64,000 nucleotides of DNA from the human T2T-CHM13v2.0 reference genome, Homo sapiens: assembly GCF_009914755.1 (NCBI RefSeq), contig NC_060930.1, one strand, 5' to 3'. The position numbers and the translations under genes were made by a program. Position 1 is the first letter of the stretch. Every line of letters starts with the position of its first letter. The notes under the pieces are model-generated. The model was not told the origin of the DNA, made no database searches, and saw nothing but the letters and a program-made list of their open reading frames with translations. Shown one piece after another: positions 60,068 to 64,000 of the stretch.

Positions 60068-61294
60068 TGTAATATTATGAAATATGTGTTTGGTCTTCCT
60101 CCGTGTTTTCTGGTATGCAACTCCTAAAATCCTTAGAATCTCAAAAATGAGATCTTTTTGTATTCTGATGAGTTGACTGATGGCTATCAGCCCCTAGGTA
60201 GCTTCAGGAAGTAACTAGTCACAGAAAAATAATGGCATGATTAGAGGGTTGGAACTTTTTGCTCCCCTCTACCCTTTCATTCCCTGGTATTGTTTGGATT
60301 TGTGCCCCTGCCAAAATCTCATGTCAAATTGTAATCCCCAATGTTGGAGGAGGGGCCTGGTGGGAGGTACTTGGATCTTGGGGCGGACTTCCCCTTTGCT
60401 GTTTTTGTGACAGTGAGTTCTCATGCAATCTGGTTGTTTAAAAGTGTGTAGCACTACCACCTTCACTCTCTTCCTCCTGCTCTAGCCACGTAGGACATGT
60501 CTGCTTCCCCTTTTTCTTCTGTCATGATTGTAAGTTTCTTGAGGCCTCCCCAGCTATGTTTCTTGTATAGCCTGTGGAACTATGAGTCATTTAAAACTCT
60601 TATTACCCAGTCTCAAGTAGTTCTTTATAGCAATGTAAGAATGAATGAATATACCCCCAAACCCCTATCCCCATCTGTAGGGAGAGGAGTGGGAGCTGAA
60701 GGTTAATTTGATTGTGAATGGGGAAAGATTTAATCAATCATGCCCACATAATAAAGCTTCTATAAAACCCCAAAAAGACAGGGTTCTGAGGTTCTCAGAG
60801 TTTGCAGACAGGCGAAGATGTGGAGGTTCCTGGAGGGTGGCGTGCCCTTTTCAACACACATCATATTATGCATCTCTCTTCATCTGCATCCTTTATGTCC
60901 TTTAATAATAAGCCAGGAACCATAAGTAAGTGTTTACCTGAGTTCTGTGAGCCGTTCTAACAAAGTAATTAAAACCAAGGAGGGAATCATGGAAACTTTG
61001 ATTTATAACCAGGTGATCTGAAGCACAAGTAAACAGCCTGGGGAATGTGAATTGTCATTAGAAGTAGGGGAGCAGTCTTGTGGGACTGAGCTTTCACCCC
61101 ATGGGATTTGAGGGTATCTTCAGGTAGATAGTGTCAGAATTAAACTGGAAGAGAACCAGCTGGTGTTCACTTCAGAATTGATTGCTTACTTAGTGTGTAG
61201 GGAAAAATCTCCACATATTTGTCACAGAAGTCTTCTGTGTTGATTGTTGTAGTGTAAGAACACAGGAAAAGCTGCTTGGTTTTTCTTCTTTTCA
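60068..61294 (+). mobile_element. MER21 LTR
   Basis: tgtaatattatgaaatat..gcatgattagagggttggaact..ctgagttctgtgagcc..gatagtgtcagaatt; TSD ggcac/ggaac. Confidence 0.85.
60285..60653 (+). mobile_element. MSTA solo LTR inside MER21
   Basis: aaatctcatgtcaaattgtaatccccaatgttggagg..ttacccagtctcaagtagttctttatagcaatg. Confidence 0.9.
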
Positions 61295-61710
61295 GGAACT
61301 TAACTATAAATAGAGCTTGCAAAATTGGAAGCTGCCCTGGTTGAGTGAATGAGTGAGTGGTGAGTGGATGTGAAAGCCTAAGGACATTACTGTACACTAC
61401 TATAAACTTTATAAATACTGCACACTTAGACTACACTAAATTCATTTTAATTTTTTATTTCTTCAATGATAAATTAGCCCTTGTCTACTGTAACTTTTAA
61501 CTTTATAAACTTTTTAAGTATTTTAACTTTTTGACTCTTTTGTAATAATACTTAGCTTAAAGTACACGTTGTATAGCCATACAAAAATATTTTCTTTTTT
61601 AATACTGTTCTTCTATAAGCTTTTGCCGTATTTAAGACTTTACTTTTTCACCTTTTAAACTTTTTTCCTGAAAACTAAGACTGCAAAATACACTTTAGCC
61701 TAGGCCTACA

Positions 61711-62513
61711 TAAAACTGACTTTGCAAAAATTATGTCAGAGAAATCCAGTATCAACATAACTGACTCCATTTGGTTTCTAACCTCACAAGCTAACTGTCC
61801 TGGGCCTAGGCCAAGCTAACTATGGGAATAATTTAGTTCACAGTTTAACTTTAAAGCTAGATGATAATAGTCCCTTCCCAAAACTAACCCCCTCTTTATT
61901 CAGGAACCAAAATTACCTTTGTAAATCTAATGAAAGTTTGCAAGTTTGGAATTATGGGAGAGGTCTGAATTCTGCTAGGACCTATACATACTTAAGCAAT
62001 AACCAGCCATTGTACCATAGTTTGCTTACTGCTCAGGAGTCATGTAGCTAGAGGTCACAAGATTTGTAACTTCTCCAATTGCTCCTATAGATAATATCAC
62101 TATTCTCAATATTTAAGATTGGTCTTTGAGATTTTATCAGACTTGTGCATTCAGGCAGACCAATTGAGGCCATCCAGCCCCACCACCTGGACCCCCAAGA
62201 TTCATACGAAGAACTGATTCAACCAGTCTCATGACCCCTCCCCACCCAGAAACTGACTTAGCACCCAAAAACATTTTGGACACTCCTATGATTCCATCAC
62301 CAAACAATCAGCAGCACCCATTCCCTAAGCCCCTGCCCACCAAATTATTCTTAGTAACACTAGACTCTGAGCTTTTGGGAAGGCAGATTTGAGAACTATT
62401 TCTTATCCTTCCACTCAGCTGCTTTGTGATAATTAAACTGTTTGCTGCAACACCACTGTCTCAGTGTATTGGCTTTTTGGTGTAGCAGGCAAGAAGAACC
62501 CATTAGGTTGTAA
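61711..62513 (+). mobile_element. LTR8/LTR8A-like ERV1 LTR
   Basis: aaactgactttgcaaaaattatg..taactgactccat..gaggtcacaagatttgtaactt..ccaattgctcctatagataa. Confidence 0.8.
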
Positions 62514-62518
62514 TTTAC

Positions 62519-64000
62519 TGCATTAGTCTATTCTTGCATTGCTATAAAGAAATACCTGAGACTGGGTAATTGATAAATAATGGAGGTTCAATTGGCTTAT
62601 GATTCTGCAGGCTATACAGGAAACATGGTAGCATTTGCTTCTGTAGAGGCCTCATGAAGCTTACAATCATGGTGAAAGATGAAGCAAGAACTTGCACATC
62701 ACATGGTGACAGCAGGAGCATGAGAGAGAAGGGGGGAGATGCCATATACTTTTAAACAACCAGATCACACAAGAGCTCACTCAGTATCACTAGAATAGGA
62801 CCAAGAGGGTGGTACTAAAGCATTCATGATAAATCTACCCCCATGATTCAATTACCTCCCCCAATGCCCCACCTCCAACATTGAGGATAACAATTTAATA
62901 TGAAATTGGGAAGGAACAAATACCTAAACTGTAACATTCTGGACCTGTCCCCCAGCAAATCTCATGTTCTTCTCACATTTCAAAATACAATCATGCCTTC
63001 CCAATAGTCTCCCAAAGTCTTAACTCATTTCAGTATTAATTGAAAAGTTCAAACTCCAAAATTTCATCTGAAACAAGGCAAGTACCTTCTATCTATAAGC
63101 CTGTGAAATAAAAATCAAGTTACTTACTTTCAAGATACAATGGTACTATCAGCATTGGGTAAACATTCTCATTTCAATAGAGAGAAATCATCCAAAAGAA
63201 AGGCCCCACACAGGTTCAAAATTCAGCAGGACTGTCATTAGATCTTAAAGCTCCAAAATAATCTCCTTTGACTCTATGTCCCACATCCAGGGTACACTGG
63301 TGCAAGCAGTGGGCTCCCAAGGCATTAGCAGCTCTGCCTTTGTGGCTTTGCAGGGTATAGCCCTGAGGCTGCAGTTAAGTCTCTGTGGCTTTTCTAGCTG
63401 CAAGATACAAGCTGCTGATAGATCTAACCATTCTTGGGTCTGGAGGACAGTGTCCCTCTTCCCACAGCTCTGCTAGCCAGTGCCCCAGTGAGGACTCTGT
63501 GGGGAACTTTAGCCCCACATTTGCCCTCTGCACTGCCCTAGTACAGTTCTCTGTAAGGGCTCCACTCCCACAGCAGTTCTCCACCTTGGCACCAGGCTTT
63601 TCCATATATCCTCTGAAATCTAGGTGGAGGCTCCTAAGCTTCAACTCTTGCACTCTGTGCACCCACAGGCTCAACATCACATGGAAGTCACCAAGACTTA
63701 TGGCTTGCATCCTTGTGAGCTGTGGCTTAAGCTTTACCTGGGCCCCTTTGAGTGAAAGCTAGAGCCTGAGTGGCTGGGATGCAGGGAGCAGCTTCTTGAT
63801 GCTGTACCAGGCAGTGGGGTCCTGGGTATGGCCCATGACCATTCTTCCCTCCTAAACATCTGGTCTTGTAATGGGAGGGCCTGCTGCAAAAGTCTCTGAA
63901 ATGCTTTCAAGGTCTTTTTCTCATTGGCTTGGCTTTCAGCATTTGCTTCTTTTGTAGTTAGGCAAATTACTCTAGCAAGTGGTTGTTCAGCAGCCCATGT
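62519..64000 (-). mobile_element. MSTA-like LTR (62519-62936) plus internal sequence running off the window
   Basis: tgcattagtctattcttgcattgctataaagaaatacctgagactggg; MST-int from 62937. Confidence 0.92.

Larger units (their letters stand above)
59775..61710. mobile_element. Second Tigger3b-like element, interrupted
   Basis: cagttatgtctcacttaatgatgggaatatattctgagaaatgc..; resumes at 61300. Confidence 0.88.

Noticed and set aside
62512-62520. aatttac before the MSTA LTR resembles an internal-LTR junction (tandem provirus)
   Set aside because: Only 7 bp, directly abutting the LTR8 end.

Overview
AT-rich, CpG-depleted, gene-poor primate DNA, probably catarrhine/human-like (AluJ/AluS, L1PA6-like, THE1/MST, MER1, Tigger). 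I find no credible host protein-coding gene, tRNA/rRNA or CRISPR array. The ORF track is TE-derived or chance; the only real protein homology is to broken L1 ORF1/ORF2. Most of the window is nested transposable elements. These include a complete THE1 provirus (11.0-13.3 kb), an old L1M (14.8-18.7 kb), a TSD-flanked L1PA15/16-like element carrying five nested insertions (19.1-28.1 kb), two Tigger3 nests and an L1PA6-like element (49.7-54.7 kb). The best finding is at 49505-54738. One 15-bp target-site duplication encloses an MST LTR piece, 35 nt of unrelated old-L1 sequence and the L1PA6. The LTR piece appears to run from the LTR transcription start to the LTR splice donor, so this looks like a fossil cDNA of a spliced, LTR-promoted L1 transcript (5' transduction). 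Other notable items are a perfect 39-bp palindrome (14154-14192) and a templated-insertion repair scar (15770-15825). Subfamily names come from recalled consensus sequences, not a database run, and old-repeat boundaries are approximate.
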